Shown in pieces: positions 1 through 9,792 of a stretch of DNA of 64,000 nucleotides; within the stretch, counting starts at the first letter, position 1, and each line of letters opens with the position of its first letter. Position numbers and translations under genes: made by a program. The notes under the pieces were generated by a model. The model did not search any database. It had not been told where the DNA came from and saw only the letters and a list, made by a program, of their open reading frames with translations. Source of the stretch: an uncultured delta proteobacterium. GTDB lineage: Bacteria > Desulfobacterota > Binatia > UBA9968. Location: positions 864,001 to 928,000 of the forward strand of contig CAVYTU010000017.1 of the NCBI GenBank assembly GCA_963771465.1, given 5' to 3'.

Positions 1-121
1 GTAGGTTTTTGCCGCACTGTGCGTCAATTTTGGGCGGCAATCGACAATCTTTGCACTTAGAAACTTCCCGTCCAAGCCTTAGAATAGCTCGATTCCCTGT
101 ATTTTTCATAAGTTGTAAAGC

Positions 122-136
122 TGGCAGTGGATTTGC
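122..136 (+). promoter_or_regulatory. sigma54 (-24/-12) promoter
   Basis: TGGCAGTGGATTTGC: GG(123-124)-N10-GC(135-136) with TTGC at -12; AT-rich tract upstream; lies ~50 nt before ORF 188. Confidence 0.6.
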
Positions 137-187
137 GTTACTACCTTGCCAATTGCCTCAATGGTTTAAGGTAGAAAGACACTGATT

Positions 188-397
188 ATGTTTCGTATGA
201 ACCCGATTGCCGCCCTAGATAGAGGATTGGATCAGGATCTTTTCGAGAGCGTTACGGAAGAAGAGATTATTTATCTCTGGCGTTCTATCAAAGGGCGCGG
301 CCTCTCCGAAGATCAAGCTTGGCAAGCCATTGTTACCGGAATCGCCCTCGATATGGCTTTCGCCAAGTCGCGCAACTCCACCCAGATCGAACACTGA
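188..397 (+). CDS. small hypothetical protein (69 aa)
   Basis: ATG ORF downstream of a sigma54-like promoter; no recognised motif. Confidence 0.55.
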   Translation: MFRMNPIAALDRGLDQDLFESVTEEEIIYLWRSIKGRGLSEDQAWQAIVTGIALDMAFAKSRNSTQIEH

Positions 398-545
398 CAA
401 GATTCTTTCAGATATCTGCCGTTAAAATCTCATTAGTCGAAGCGCGCTGGCGCGGTGTCATTTGGGGTCGCTGATCAGGCTCCGTTACATTGACTCGTCC
501 GCCGAAATCTGGTTGAATCTCTGCATACTTACCAAGGAGCTTTTG

Positions 546-740
546 ATGTCACGGATTACCGTAGAAGACTGTTTGCAGAAGGTCGCCAACCGCTTCGATT
601 TAGTCATGCTGGCTTCCAAACGGGCGAGACAGCTTTTTAAGGGCGCTAAGCCGCTAATCGATGCCGATAACCGGGAAGTTGTCGTCGCGTTGCGCGAGAT
701 CGCCGACGGCAAAGTTAGAAAAGTTCCAAACCAATCATGA
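546..740 (+). CDS. rpoZ: RNA polymerase omega subunit
   Basis: [10 protein letters not shown]...[16 protein letters not shown]...VVALREIA; AAGGAG RBS before ATG 546. Confidence 0.96.
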   Translation: MSRITVEDCLQKVANRFDLVMLASKRARQLFKGAKPLIDADNREVVVALREIADGKVRKVPNQS

Positions 741-873
741 CGAGTTTTTGGGTCCGCGGATAACGAGGCTTTTTCTCCGCTAGTCGCCAAGCAAATCTCA
801 GTTTCGATAATCTTGAATAGCTCGCTAAGCCCTGCGATGCTCCGCTTTGGTGGTGCAGGTGCAAGAACCGCCC

Positions 874-1836
874 ATGGCCGAAGACGAAAGCAATAACGAA
901 TTAGACTTTTCGATTCCTGGCGTTGAACTGCCGCAGATTGTTCACGAGCCAGACGATGGGGCAACTGCGTCGGATAAGGCGCTGGTTCCCTACGATCCGC
1001 TGCAGCGCTATCTGACCGAGATACGCCGATTTCAAGTGCTGAACCGCGAAGACGAGCATCGCCTCGCGGTAGAGTATAAAGAGTTTGGCAATGTTAAGGC
1101 AGCTTACCAACTGGTCACCGCGAACCTCCGCCTGGTCGTTATGATCGCGCGCGAGTATCAGAAATCATTCAAAACCCTGCTCGACCTCATCCAAGAGGGC
1201 AATATGGGATTGATGGAGGCGGTCAAAAACTTCGATCCCTATCGCGGTGTCCGTTTTCCATCCTACGCGGTGTGGTGGATTCGCGCTTATATGATTCGTT
1301 ACATCATGAACGACTGGCGCATGGTCAAGATCGGCACGACCCAGGCGCAGCGCAAACTATTTTTCAATCTGCAAAAAGAGAAGGAAAAAATCGAAGCAGA
1401 AGGGCTCATTGCCGGCCCCAAGTTGCTGGCCCAGCGCTTAAACGTAAAAGAGGACGAAGTTGTCGAGATGGAACAACGGCTCGGCAGCCGCGATCTGTCG
1501 GTTGATATGCCGATCGGTGAAGGCGACGAGGCGACGTTGCTCAACTTTTTGCCCGACCGCAATGAGAATCCCGAAGAGCAGTTTGCCGAAAATCAGTATC
1601 ACGATTTGTTGCGCCAAAAGATGGAGCAGTTTGCTCAAGGTCTTAAGGACAAGGAGTTGGTGATCTACCGCGAGCGGCTGCTCAACGAAGAACCGCTGAC
1701 CTTGCGCGAGATCGGCGATAAATACGGCATCAGCCGCGAGCGAGTTCGTCAAATCGAAGAACGAGTGAAGAAAAAACTCAAAACGTATCTTAAAAAAGAA
1801 CTCAAGGATGTCACTGACGTCGTCGGTCCCGAGTAA
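874..1836 (+). CDS. rpoH: RpoH/sigma32-family RNA polymerase sigma factor
   Basis: DPLQRYLTEI, DLIQEGNMGLMEAV, SYAVWWIRAY, RpoH box TTQAQRKLFFNL, TLREIGDKYGISRERVRQIE; start 874 (alt 847). Confidence 0.88.
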   Translation: MAEDESNNELDFSIPGVELPQIVHEPDDGATASDKALVPYDPLQRYLTEIRRFQVLNREDEHRLAVEYKEFGNVKAAYQLVTANLRLVVMIAREYQKSFKTLLDLIQEGNMGLMEAVKNFDPYRGVRFPSYAVWWIRAYMIRYIMNDWRMVKIGTTQAQRKLFFNLQKEKEKIEAEGLIAGPKLLAQRLNVKEDEVVEMEQRLGSRDLSVDMPIGEGDEATLLNFLPDRNENPEEQFAENQYHDLLRQKMEQFAQGLKDKELVIYRERLLNEEPLTLREIGDKYGISRERVRQIEERVKKKLKTYLKKELKDVTDVVGPE

Positions 1837-1979
1837 TTCGCTTTTGCCTTTCGTACTGTTTTGCACCTGATATGCAGCGCACTGTGTTGCCTGTAGACGC
1901 GCCCGAAACGCGCGTTTCGCTTGCGCGTTTGCGGTGCTTCTGATAGCAAAATTAGAAAAATAGTTTTCTGGGGGCTAGT

Positions 1980-2432
1980 TTGCAATTTCAAAAGGAAGTC
2001 GAAATTCTCGCGCCGCGGGAAAAGGTGTGGCAGTTCATCTGGGACGTCGACCGGTTCATCGCTTGTGTGCCGGGGTGTAAGGACGCCAAAACGGTTGAGG
2101 AAGGCAAACGTTATACGGCGACGATGACTGAAAAGGTTGGACCCTTCAAAGTCGAATTTCCGACGACCATCGAGATTCTTGAGCGGGAAGAATTGACGCG
2201 CATCAAGGCGCAAGCCTCGGGCGCCGATAACAAGATCGGCAGCCGCATGAAGATCGATCTTGACGTTCATCTGCGTGAATCGGACAACAAGACAATTTTG
2301 AGCTTTACCGCCGGGGTCGATGTCTTGGGCAAGCTGGCGGCGTTGGGCCATGGCATCATCAAGCGCAAAGCCGATCAGGTGCTCGACGAATTCGCCCAAG
2401 CCGTCAAGAAGAAGTTAGAAGGAGAAGCGTGA
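1980..2432 (+). CDS. CoxG/SRPBCC family protein
   Basis: APREKVWQFIWD...ACVPG, KVGPFK, GKLAALG; upstream of coxM/coxS-like genes. Confidence 0.85.
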   Translation: MQFQKEVEILAPREKVWQFIWDVDRFIACVPGCKDAKTVEEGKRYTATMTEKVGPFKVEFPTTIEILEREELTRIKAQASGADNKIGSRMKIDLDVHLRESDNKTILSFTAGVDVLGKLAALGHGIIKRKADQVLDEFAQAVKKKLEGEA

Positions 2433-2433
2433 G

Positions 2434-3282
2434 ATGCTCAGAAGATTTCGTCTGGAAGAGCCGCAGAGCGTGGCAGAGACCTCTGAGCTGCTCGGCCGCT
2501 TCGGTGACAGCGCTAAAATTTACGCCGGCGGCACGGAACTGCTTTTGGCGATGAAGGAAGGCTTGGTTCAATACGAGCGGCTGATCAACGTCAAAAGGCT
2601 CGGCCTCAATCAAATCTCGGCCGAAAACGGTGCCGTCAAAATCGGCGCCCTATGTACGCATCATGAACTGGAACTGTCGCCGGCCATTCAGCAACGGCTG
2701 CCTTCTCTGCTCAAGCTGGAACACAACGTCGCCAACGTGCGCGTGCGTCAAGCCGGCACCATCGGCGGCAACCTTTGCTTCGCCGAGCCGCATGCCGATC
2801 CGGGAACTTTGCTGATGGCGTTGGGCGCGACGATGGTCGCTGAGACGGGGAACGCGAAACGTGAGATCGCGGCTGAGGAGTTTTTCGTCGATGCTTATGA
2901 GACGTCATTGACGGCCGACGAAGTTCTCACGGAGATTCGTGTGCCGGCGCCGGGCGCTAATGCGCGCAGCGCATATCTTAAATTCGGCTACCTGGAGCGG
3001 CCGAGTGTGGGTGTCGCTCTGGCATTCAATCTGAACGGCGCTAGCGTGAGCGACGTCAGGATCGCCGTCGGTTGTGCCGGGCCGGCGCCCAAGCGGGTGG
3101 TTGAAGCCGAGGCGTTGCTCAACGGTAAAAGCAAAGACGAGGCGACGCGCAATCTGGCGCAAGCCGGCGCGGTCGCTGGGCGCGCGGCGCAAGCGATCAG
3201 CGATCTGCATGGGGCACAGGATTATAAGGAGCACATTGTCGGCGTGCTCTTAAAGCGGGCCTTTCAAGCCGCGGTCAGTTAG
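2434..3282 (+). CDS. molybdenum hydroxylase FAD-binding (CoxM/XdhB-like) subunit
   Basis: AGGTELL, VRQAGTIGGNLCFAEPHAD FAD-binding motifs. Confidence 0.92.
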   Translation: MLRRFRLEEPQSVAETSELLGRFGDSAKIYAGGTELLLAMKEGLVQYERLINVKRLGLNQISAENGAVKIGALCTHHELELSPAIQQRLPSLLKLEHNVANVRVRQAGTIGGNLCFAEPHADPGTLLMALGATMVAETGNAKREIAAEEFFVDAYETSLTADEVLTEIRVPAPGANARSAYLKFGYLERPSVGVALAFNLNGASVSDVRIAVGCAGPAPKRVVEAEALLNGKSKDEATRNLAQAGAVAGRAAQAISDLHGAQDYKEHIVGVLLKRAFQAAVS

Positions 3283-3316
3283 CTATGCGCGATCATTGGG
3301 ATGAGGGGAGAAATTC

Positions 3317-3823
3317 ATGGCGACGGCGTTGAGTAGACATTCGGATGGGCAAACGATACCGGTGTCATTTACTTTGAACGGGCGGTTGCAAGAGATTGAC
3401 GTCGAGCCGCACGAGCTGTTGCTCGATGTCATCCGCGATCGATTGGGCCTCACCGGCGCGAAGCGGTCCTGCGACGTTCAGGTCTGCGGCGCATGCACGT
3501 TGCTGGTCGACGGCCGGCCAGTGAGCGCATGCACGACGCTCGCGTTCGAAGTGCGCGGCCGTTCGGTGCTGACGATCGAAGGCTTGGCGGACAACGGCAC
3601 GCTGCATCCGCTCCAGCAGGCGTTCATCGAACATGGCGGCTTTCAATGCGGCTTTTGCACGCCGGGAATGATTTTGGCGTCTAAAGCGTTGTTGGACGAA
3701 AATCCCAATCCCAGCGAAGAGGAACTCAAACATTTCATGCACGGCAATCTGTGCCGCTGCACCGGCTATAAGAAAATCATCGAGTCGATAATGGCCGCGG
3801 CTAAGAAGATGCGCGCCAAATAA
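3317..3823 (+). CDS. molybdenum hydroxylase 2Fe-2S (CoxS-like) subunit
   Basis: CDVQVCGACT...C and QCGFCTPG...NLCRCTGY. Confidence 0.95.
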   Translation: MATALSRHSDGQTIPVSFTLNGRLQEIDVEPHELLLDVIRDRLGLTGAKRSCDVQVCGACTLLVDGRPVSACTTLAFEVRGRSVLTIEGLADNGTLHPLQQAFIEHGGFQCGFCTPGMILASKALLDENPNPSEEELKHFMHGNLCRCTGYKKIIESIMAAAKKMRAK

Positions 3824-3887
3824 TTCCAAATTCCAGATTACATATTCCAAATCCGAATTCTGGAATCTGAAATTTGTAATTTGGAAT
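3823..3887. repeat. palindromic 7-bp-period repeat between convergent genes (possible bidirectional terminator)
   Basis: ATTCCAA ATTCCAG ATTACAT ATTCCAA ... CTGGAAT CTGAAAT TTGTAAT TTGGAAT; the second arm is the approximate reverse complement of the first. Confidence 0.8.
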
Positions 3888-3912
3888 CTAACCTGCTCGC
3901 GTCGCGAGCAGG

Positions 3913-5340
3913 TTAGTCTTCTATTCCGTATTCCTTCCAGCGGCTCGCGACGATATCTAGATGTTCCTTGGGCGGTAACGATATGGCCGGATATTTGTGC
4001 TTTCGCGTGGCGTCGATGGCGATGCGAGAGCCGACATAACGGCTTGGATGATGTTGTAGCACGTCGGCCGGCGCTTGGGATGGATCGAGGCCGACGGCTT
4101 GCACGTCGCGCTCGATGTAGACGTCTTGGTCAGGACGGACATGCCAACTGAGCGCCCAGTCGACCGCGAAATCATCCCAGACGTCGATATCGTCGTCGAC
4201 GACCACGGTAATTTTTCCGAAGCCGGTGCGTTGCGACCAGGCGCCGTACATGAGTTGGCGCACCTGGCCGACGAATTCTTTTTTCAGCGAGATGACAAGG
4301 TATGCGCCGCTGCCGCCAGCTTCCTTCAAGCGCAGGTCCTTGATCGGAATGCGCAACACATCTTTTAGATGCTTGAACAGCGGCCACTCACGGCCGATGC
4401 CGCGAATACAACTCGACTCCGACGGCGGCATCTGGCTGATGAATGCTTGATAGAGCGGCTTGTTGCGAAAGGTCATGCATTTGATGTTGAAGAACGGTTC
4501 GTTGCCCGCCGGGCCCATGTAGCCGGTGTATTCGCCGAAAGGACCTTCATGCTCGAAGGCATTGGGCGGAATCTCGCCTTCGAGGACGATTTCGGCGGTG
4601 GCGGGTACTTCCAACGGCACGGTTTCACAGGCCACCAAATCGACCGGCGCGCCGCGCAACGCGCCGGCGACGGCAAATTCATCGAGCGCGTCGGACATTT
4701 TCGAAACCGAAACATAGCCGATGGTTGGATCAGCGCCGATGACGACCGCCACCGGAGTAGGCTTGTTTTGCGCATTGTTCTTGTACATGTGCCACGCCAT
4801 GTCTTGGCGCTTGCCAATCAATAGGCCGGTCTTATTCGGCCCTTTAATTTCCATGCGATAGGTGCCGACGTTGCGCACGCCGGTCTCGGGATCTTTAGTG
4901 ATGAGATACGGCGAAGTAAAAAATGGCGCGGGGTCTTCACCGACGGTCCAGGTCGGTACCGGCAGTTTGGTGATGTCGACGTCTTTACCGTGGAGAATGT
5001 TTTCTTTGCACGGCGCGTTTTTGGCTGACACCATGCGCGGTTCGATGGGATGACCCAAGGCGTAATCCCATTTGCGATTGATGCCCTCGACCGTTTCGGT
5101 TTGCAGTCCGAGGGCATAGATTTCCCGTGACGCGCCGAGCACACCGGCGACCACGGGGATGTTGAAGCCTTTAACGTTTTCAAATACTAGCGCCGGACGA
5201 TTTTGCGGCGCAATCTTCTTGAAAAGTTGTCGGCAAACAGCCGCGATTTCCCAATCCTTATCGACTTCCTTGGTGACGCGTTTGAGTTTGCCATGCTTTT
5301 CTAGGGTGGCGACGTATTCGCGCAGATCGTGATAAGCCAT
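3913..5340 (-). CDS. UbiD family (de)carboxylase
   Basis: MAYHDLREYV, RNVGTYRM, EGPFGEYTGY, VVVDDDIDV, IDATRK. Confidence 0.95.
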   Translation of the reverse strand: MAYHDLREYVATLEKHGKLKRVTKEVDKDWEIAAVCRQLFKKIAPQNRPALVFENVKGFNIPVVAGVLGASREIYALGLQTETVEGINRKWDYALGHPIEPRMVSAKNAPCKENILHGKDVDITKLPVPTWTVGEDPAPFFTSPYLITKDPETGVRNVGTYRMEIKGPNKTGLLIGKRQDMAWHMYKNNAQNKPTPVAVVIGADPTIGYVSVSKMSDALDEFAVAGALRGAPVDLVACETVPLEVPATAEIVLEGEIPPNAFEHEGPFGEYTGYMGPAGNEPFFNIKCMTFRNKPLYQAFISQMPPSESSCIRGIGREWPLFKHLKDVLRIPIKDLRLKEAGGSGAYLVISLKKEFVGQVRQLMYGAWSQRTGFGKITVVVDDDIDVWDDFAVDWALSWHVRPDQDVYIERDVQAVGLDPSQAPADVLQHHPSRYVGSRIAIDATRKHKYPAISLPPKEHLDIVASRWKEYGIED

Positions 5341-5480
5341 GAATCCTCCTCTGATGACAGCAGCGGCGAGAAATTTTCCTTATAATTAGCACAAATGGTT
5401 AATATATCAACAATCGTGATTGGAAATATATCCTAGGTGACATCCTGGCAACCGGTGCCAGCAATCAGCGCTGCGACAAG

Positions 5481-5509
5481 AAAAAGGCAACCGCGATTGC
5501 GCGGTTGCC
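5481..5509 (-). terminator. rho-independent terminator of the ABC operon
   Basis: perfect 10-bp stem GGCAACCGCG/CGCGGTTGCC with 4-nt loop, followed by a U-tract on the minus strand, 30 nt after the permease stop. Confidence 0.85.
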
Positions 5510-5539
5510 GTCATATCAGCAGTGATGAATGGAAGTAGC

Positions 5540-6463
5540 TTAAGCGCGAATTTCGGCGCGCATGAAAATGATGTAGGAAATCCCGAAGCAGACGGCGACC
5601 AGGCCGAAAATTGTTGTGATGTGCGGCCAGATAAGCGTCAAGCTTTGGTCGAGGGCGAGCGGCGTCGGCAAGATGCCTTCGGCCTGGCTTTGTAACGCCA
5701 TGCCAAAGACGCGTGCCGCTGGGTTGAGCAGGATGCCGACGCTTTCGTTGAACAAGGTGCTTGGTGAAATGCGGCCAATGATATTTTCGACGTCAGAGCG
5801 GCGGGAAAGCGCTTCAGGAGTCGTCGCGTCGGGGACGATCAAGCCGGCGATCCCCGAACTAACCACGGCGATGAACAGGGAGAGGAAAAGCCAGACCGCC
5901 ATTGACGCGAGGGCGGCGGTGACGGTTTTCTGAAATAGCAGTGAGAAGAGCATGGCCAGGGCGAGCCAAAAGCCGACGTAAAACACGCCGACCACGGTGA
6001 AGATTATCATGCGCCAAAGCTCTTCGGCGTTGGGCGGAAAACCTAATAGCGTGATTCCGAGGCCGATGACAAGCAGCAGGATCGACCCCCACAACACCGC
6101 GACGGTGGTCAGGCCGGCGAAAAATTTGCCATTGATCAGGCTATCGCGATAAATCGGCTGTGACAGCACGCGGCTCAAGGTGCCGCGGGCGTATTCGCCG
6201 CTGATCGAATCGAAGCCGAGAGTGATGCCCACCAGCGGGCCGAAGAAGCCGAGAAAGGTTGCCAGCGAAAAAAGCGTTTCGCCGCTGGAGGTGAGCAAGA
6301 GCAGAAAAACATACTGCGCCGGGACGGTGTCGGTGTTTTGCCGGATCGCTTGGCCGGTGGCGTAAGCGGCCCAAAGGCCGGAGAAGACAATGAGGATCAG
6401 CAGGATCATGAAACGGCGGCTGCTGAAATGGTCCGCCAGTTCTTTCCAGAAAACAACGCTCAT
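5540..6463 (-). CDS. ABC-2 type transporter permease
   Basis: MSVVFWKELADHFSSRRF, LGFDSISGEYARGTLSRVLSQPIYR...GKF; multiple TM helices; own ATG at 6463. Confidence 0.9.
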   Translation of the reverse strand: MSVVFWKELADHFSSRRFMILLILIVFSGLWAAYATGQAIRQNTDTVPAQYVFLLLLTSSGETLFSLATFLGFFGPLVGITLGFDSISGEYARGTLSRVLSQPIYRDSLINGKFFAGLTTVAVLWGSILLLVIGLGITLLGFPPNAEELWRMIIFTVVGVFYVGFWLALAMLFSLLFQKTVTAALASMAVWLFLSLFIAVVSSGIAGLIVPDATTPEALSRRSDVENIIGRISPSTLFNESVGILLNPAARVFGMALQSQAEGILPTPLALDQSLTLIWPHITTIFGLVAVCFGISYIIFMRAEIRA

Positions 6464-6468
6464 GTGAT

Positions 6469-7402
6469 TTAAGCCTCGCGGAAGTATTTCAGATAGATCT
6501 CTTCCAGAGTCGGGATCTTCGGAACGGAGTTGCAATAAGTTCAAACCGCGCCGCGCCACCAGCGAAACGACTTCGCCGCGAACGTCCTCGGTGCAGCGGA
6601 GAAACCAACCGTGCGGTCGCCGCTCGATTTCATCGACGCCTTTGATGCTTTGCAGATCGCGGTCGAGACCTTCGGTGTTGCCGCTCACATCGAGCAGAAA
6701 GTTCCACTGGCGCCCCTTGAGGATCCCTCTACCCAGCGTGTCCATTTCGCCTTGGACGATGAGTTTGCCTTTGACGATAATGCCGACGCGGTTGCAGATT
6801 TGCTGCACTTGCTGCAGCTGATGCGACGACAGCATGACCGTGAGACCGTGATCGTGATTCAAATTTTTGATCAATTCGAGAATCTTGATGGCGCCATCGG
6901 GATCGATGCCTAACGTGGGCTCATCGAGGATGATGGCGGTCGGTTTTTTGACCAGCACTTCGGCGATGCCGAGGCGCTGCTTCATGCCGCGTGAGTATTC
7001 CTTGACCAAGCGCCGGCCATCGTCGGCGAGACCGACTTGCTCCAAAACTTGCGTGGTGCGCCGCTGCGCTTCGTCTTCGGGGATGCGATTCAAGCGCGCC
7101 ATATAGAGCAGATTTTCGCCTGCGCTCATGTCGTCGTAGAAGCCGGGATTCTCCGGCAGGTAGCCGACGCGCTTTTTAACTTCCAGGGATTGCCGGCGTG
7201 GATCAAAACCGCATACTGAGACCTCGCCTGAAGTGGGCTCGGTGAGCCCCAAGAGCATTAAGATCGTCGTCGTCTTGCCGGCGCCGTTGGGCCCGAGAAA
7301 ACCGAAGACTTCACCTTCCTCGATAGTCAAGTTGAGCGAGTTTACGGCGAGTTTTTCGCGGTAACGCTTAGTCAGATTTTTGGTGTCGACGACGGTGCTC
7401 AT
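6469..7402 (-). CDS. ABC transporter ATP-binding protein (+1 frameshift at ~6512-6514; as written it reads through into the permease)
   Basis: GPNGAGKTT, YSRGMKQRL, LDEPT, SSH; the canonical end EDPTLEEIYLKYFREA* is present in the +1 frame. Confidence 0.9.
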
Positions 7403-8652
7403 CTACGGCCCAAGCGGAAAAATACCACGGCTAAACCGAGCACGACCAAGCCGACGATACCAAAGCCGATCCAACCCCAGATGGTCGGTGTCGACACGGT
7501 GACGCGGAATTCAACCGACTTGGTAACGTCGGCGGAGTTAGCCGTCAACGTCATCAGATAATCTCCGGCGATGGTTCGGTCCGGCGCCAAAATTTCCATC
7601 TTGATTTGTCGCACTTCGCCGGGGCCTAGGGCGTCGATCTTGTCCGGTTTGAATTCCACCGTCCATTTATCGCTGGGCTTTTTGGTGACGAAGCCGAGAT
7701 TGCGCACCGGCGCAGTGCCGGCGTTGCCGACGACAAAGTCGATGGAAGATTTGGTGCCGGCGGTGATACCTGCGTTGAGCGTGCCAGCGAGTGAACCCAT
7801 CTTTAGATCCTGGGTGCCTTTAAGCGAGACTTTGACACTGGTCGAAGCTTCATAGGCGCCGGCGCGCGCTTGAACGGTGACGGGAGATTCTTTCGCTTCG
7901 GCGTTGGCCGGCGTGTCGATTTCCACGCTCAAAGTTTCCGAGCCGTTCTCTTTCAATTGGATCGACGAAATTTGTTGATCGCCGAATTGCGGTTTGAAGC
8001 GAACGGCCCAACCTTGCGGCGCCTGGGCTACCAGTGAGGTCGGCAGTGCTTTATTGGTTTCGTTTTTGAGATCGACGGTGAACTTCAAAGTCTGACCGGA
8101 GGCGGTGCTGAGAACGGGATATTGGCTGCTCACTTTTAACCCGCCGGTTTCAATTTTCTTGGAAGCTACGCGGTAATTGATAGTTTCGACGTACTGGGTT
8201 GAACCTTTAGTGTCTTTCGCGGTGATTTTGATGGCATAGGTTCCCGGTTTTGTATTCTCGGGAATTTTGGCTTTGAACTCGAGGGTCGTCGCCTTGTTTG
8301 TGGCTTGGTCGCCGCCGCCAACCGTCACTGAACGCACTGGAAAGCTCGGGTAGCGCGAGTTGAAATTGACATCCCATCCCGCGGGTACGCCTTCGATCGT
8401 CAGATTCACTTCCACGGGGTCTTTCGTTCGGTTAATCACTTCCGCGTCCATGGTCGCTTCTTGGCCCTGGCCGACGCTGAGATCCTTGAACGGTAGGATT
8501 AGATTGAAAGATTCTTTAGATGCTGTTGCGGCAGGCGCCGCCGCCGGCTCGGCAGCCGAGCCACTCGTAACGAGATTGGTAGAGGCGATCAATATCCACG
8601 CAAGCACGTAGATAAACATGCGCGGGCTGATACTTGCAGGCCCGATCCTCAT
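7399..8652 (-). CDS. membrane-anchored Ig-like repeat (NEW3/COG1470-type) protein
   Basis: signal peptide, three beta-sandwich repeats (PAGW/PQGW/KW...PGTY/AGDY), C-terminal TM and RLGRR; typical partner of this ABC-2 pair. Confidence 0.8.
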   Translation of the reverse strand: MRIGPASISPRMFIYVLAWILIASTNLVTSGSAAEPAAAPAATASKESFNLILPFKDLSVGQGQEATMDAEVINRTKDPVEVNLTIEGVPAGWDVNFNSRYPSFPVRSVTVGGGDQATNKATTLEFKAKIPENTKPGTYAIKITAKDTKGSTQYVETINYRVASKKIETGGLKVSSQYPVLSTASGQTLKFTVDLKNETNKALPTSLVAQAPQGWAVRFKPQFGDQQISSIQLKENGSETLSVEIDTPANAEAKESPVTVQARAGAYEASTSVKVSLKGTQDLKMGSLAGTLNAGITAGTKSSIDFVVGNAGTAPVRNLGFVTKKPSDKWTVEFKPDKIDALGPGEVRQIKMEILAPDRTIAGDYLMTLTANSADVTKSVEFRVTVSTPTIWGWIGFGIVGLVVLGLAVVFFRLGRR

Positions 8653-8732
8653 AATGAATAACCCCCTCAGCGAGAAAATTTGTTGCCGATAAATAACCAT
8701 AAAGTCTCTTAGCGTCAAGGCCTTCGTAAGAA

Positions 8733-9191
8733 TTAAGTTTTACCCAACTGACGTAGACCTTCATAGAGCACGATGGAAACGGCATTGGAGAGATTGAGAC
8801 TGCTAACGCCGCTTCCCGCCATGGGAATGCGGAAGGAGCGGGCGTCGTTGGCCGCCAACACTTGGGCTGGCAAGCCGCGCGTCTCCGGCCCGAAAACCAA
8901 ATAATCGTCATCTTCGTAACGGACCGCAGTGTAGGAGCGTTCAACTTTTTTCGTAAAGTACAGCAAGCGCGCGCCTTTGGCCTCGGACAAAAAATCATCC
9001 CATGACTTGTGCACGTGAAGATCGACGAACTGCCAATAATCGAGACCGGCCCGCTTTAAATGTTTATCGTCGATCTTAAAGCCCAACGGTTCGATCAGAT
9101 GGAGCGGCGTCAGGGTCGCCGCGCACAGACGCGCGACACTACCGGTATTGGGTGGAATTTCGGGTTGGAAAAGCACCACGTGCATGATCAA
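8733..9191 (-). CDS. trmL: tRNA (cytidine/uridine-34-2'-O)-methyltransferase
   Basis: [34 protein letters not shown]. Confidence 0.95.
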   Translation of the reverse strand: MIMHVVLFQPEIPPNTGSVARLCAATLTPLHLIEPLGFKIDDKHLKRAGLDYWQFVDLHVHKSWDDFLSEAKGARLLYFTKKVERSYTAVRYEDDDYLVFGPETRGLPAQVLAANDARSFRIPMAGSGVSSLNLSNAVSIVLYEGLRQLGKT

Positions 9192-9625
9192 TATTCCAAC
9201 ACGAAAGTAACCGGCCCGTCATTCACAATCGCGACTCTCATGTGCGCCTGGAACTGGCCGTTGGCGACATTTAAACCGCCGTCGCGCAGTCGTTGAGAAA
9301 AATATAAATATAGCCGTTCGGCTTCGGCCGGTGCTGCGGCGTCGGTGAACGATGGCCGGTTGCCCTTGCGGCAATCGCCGTACAAAGTAAATTGCGAGAC
9401 GACGAGCAACTCGCCGCCGACATCGACCACCGAGCGATTCATTTTGCCCTGTTCGTCTTCGAAGATGCGCAGATGCTTAATCTTGTCGGCGAGGGCGTCG
9501 GCGTTAGCTTCGTTATCGTCCTTGCCGACGCCGAGCAGGATTAACAGCCCGGCGCCGATTTGACCGACACTGCGGTCGCCGACGTCAACGCGGCCTGCCG
9601 CGACTCTTTGCATGACGGCACGCAC
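9188..9625 (-). CDS. dtd: D-aminoacyl-tRNA deacylase
   Basis: MRAVMQRV, LRIFED..GKMN, SQFTL, NDGPVT. Confidence 0.97.
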   Translation of the reverse strand: MRAVMQRVAAGRVDVGDRSVGQIGAGLLILLGVGKDDNEANADALADKIKHLRIFEDEQGKMNRSVVDVGGELLVVSQFTLYGDCRKGNRPSFTDAAAPAEAERLYLYFSQRLRDGGLNVANGQFQAHMRVAIVNDGPVTFVLEY

Positions 9626-9792
9626 GGTGAAGTCAAAACGCGCAGACGTGGAGGGTTAGTCGGGTGATGATTGGCAACGCATCGCTCATGGTTTCTATGT
9701 CACAGGTAACAAAGAAAGCCGCAGGTGACAAGACGAGCGAAGCTGGTAGAATCGCGGCGGACTCTCAGTGAACGGCGAGTAGATTTATTGTT

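Noticed and set aside
1980-3823. Aerobic CO dehydrogenase
   Set aside because: No CoxL with the AYxCSFR motif; substrate cannot be assigned
5540-7402. 620-aa ATPase-permease fusion as a novel architecture
   Set aside because: The canonical ATPase C-terminus and stop are present in the +1 frame; best explained by a single-base insertion
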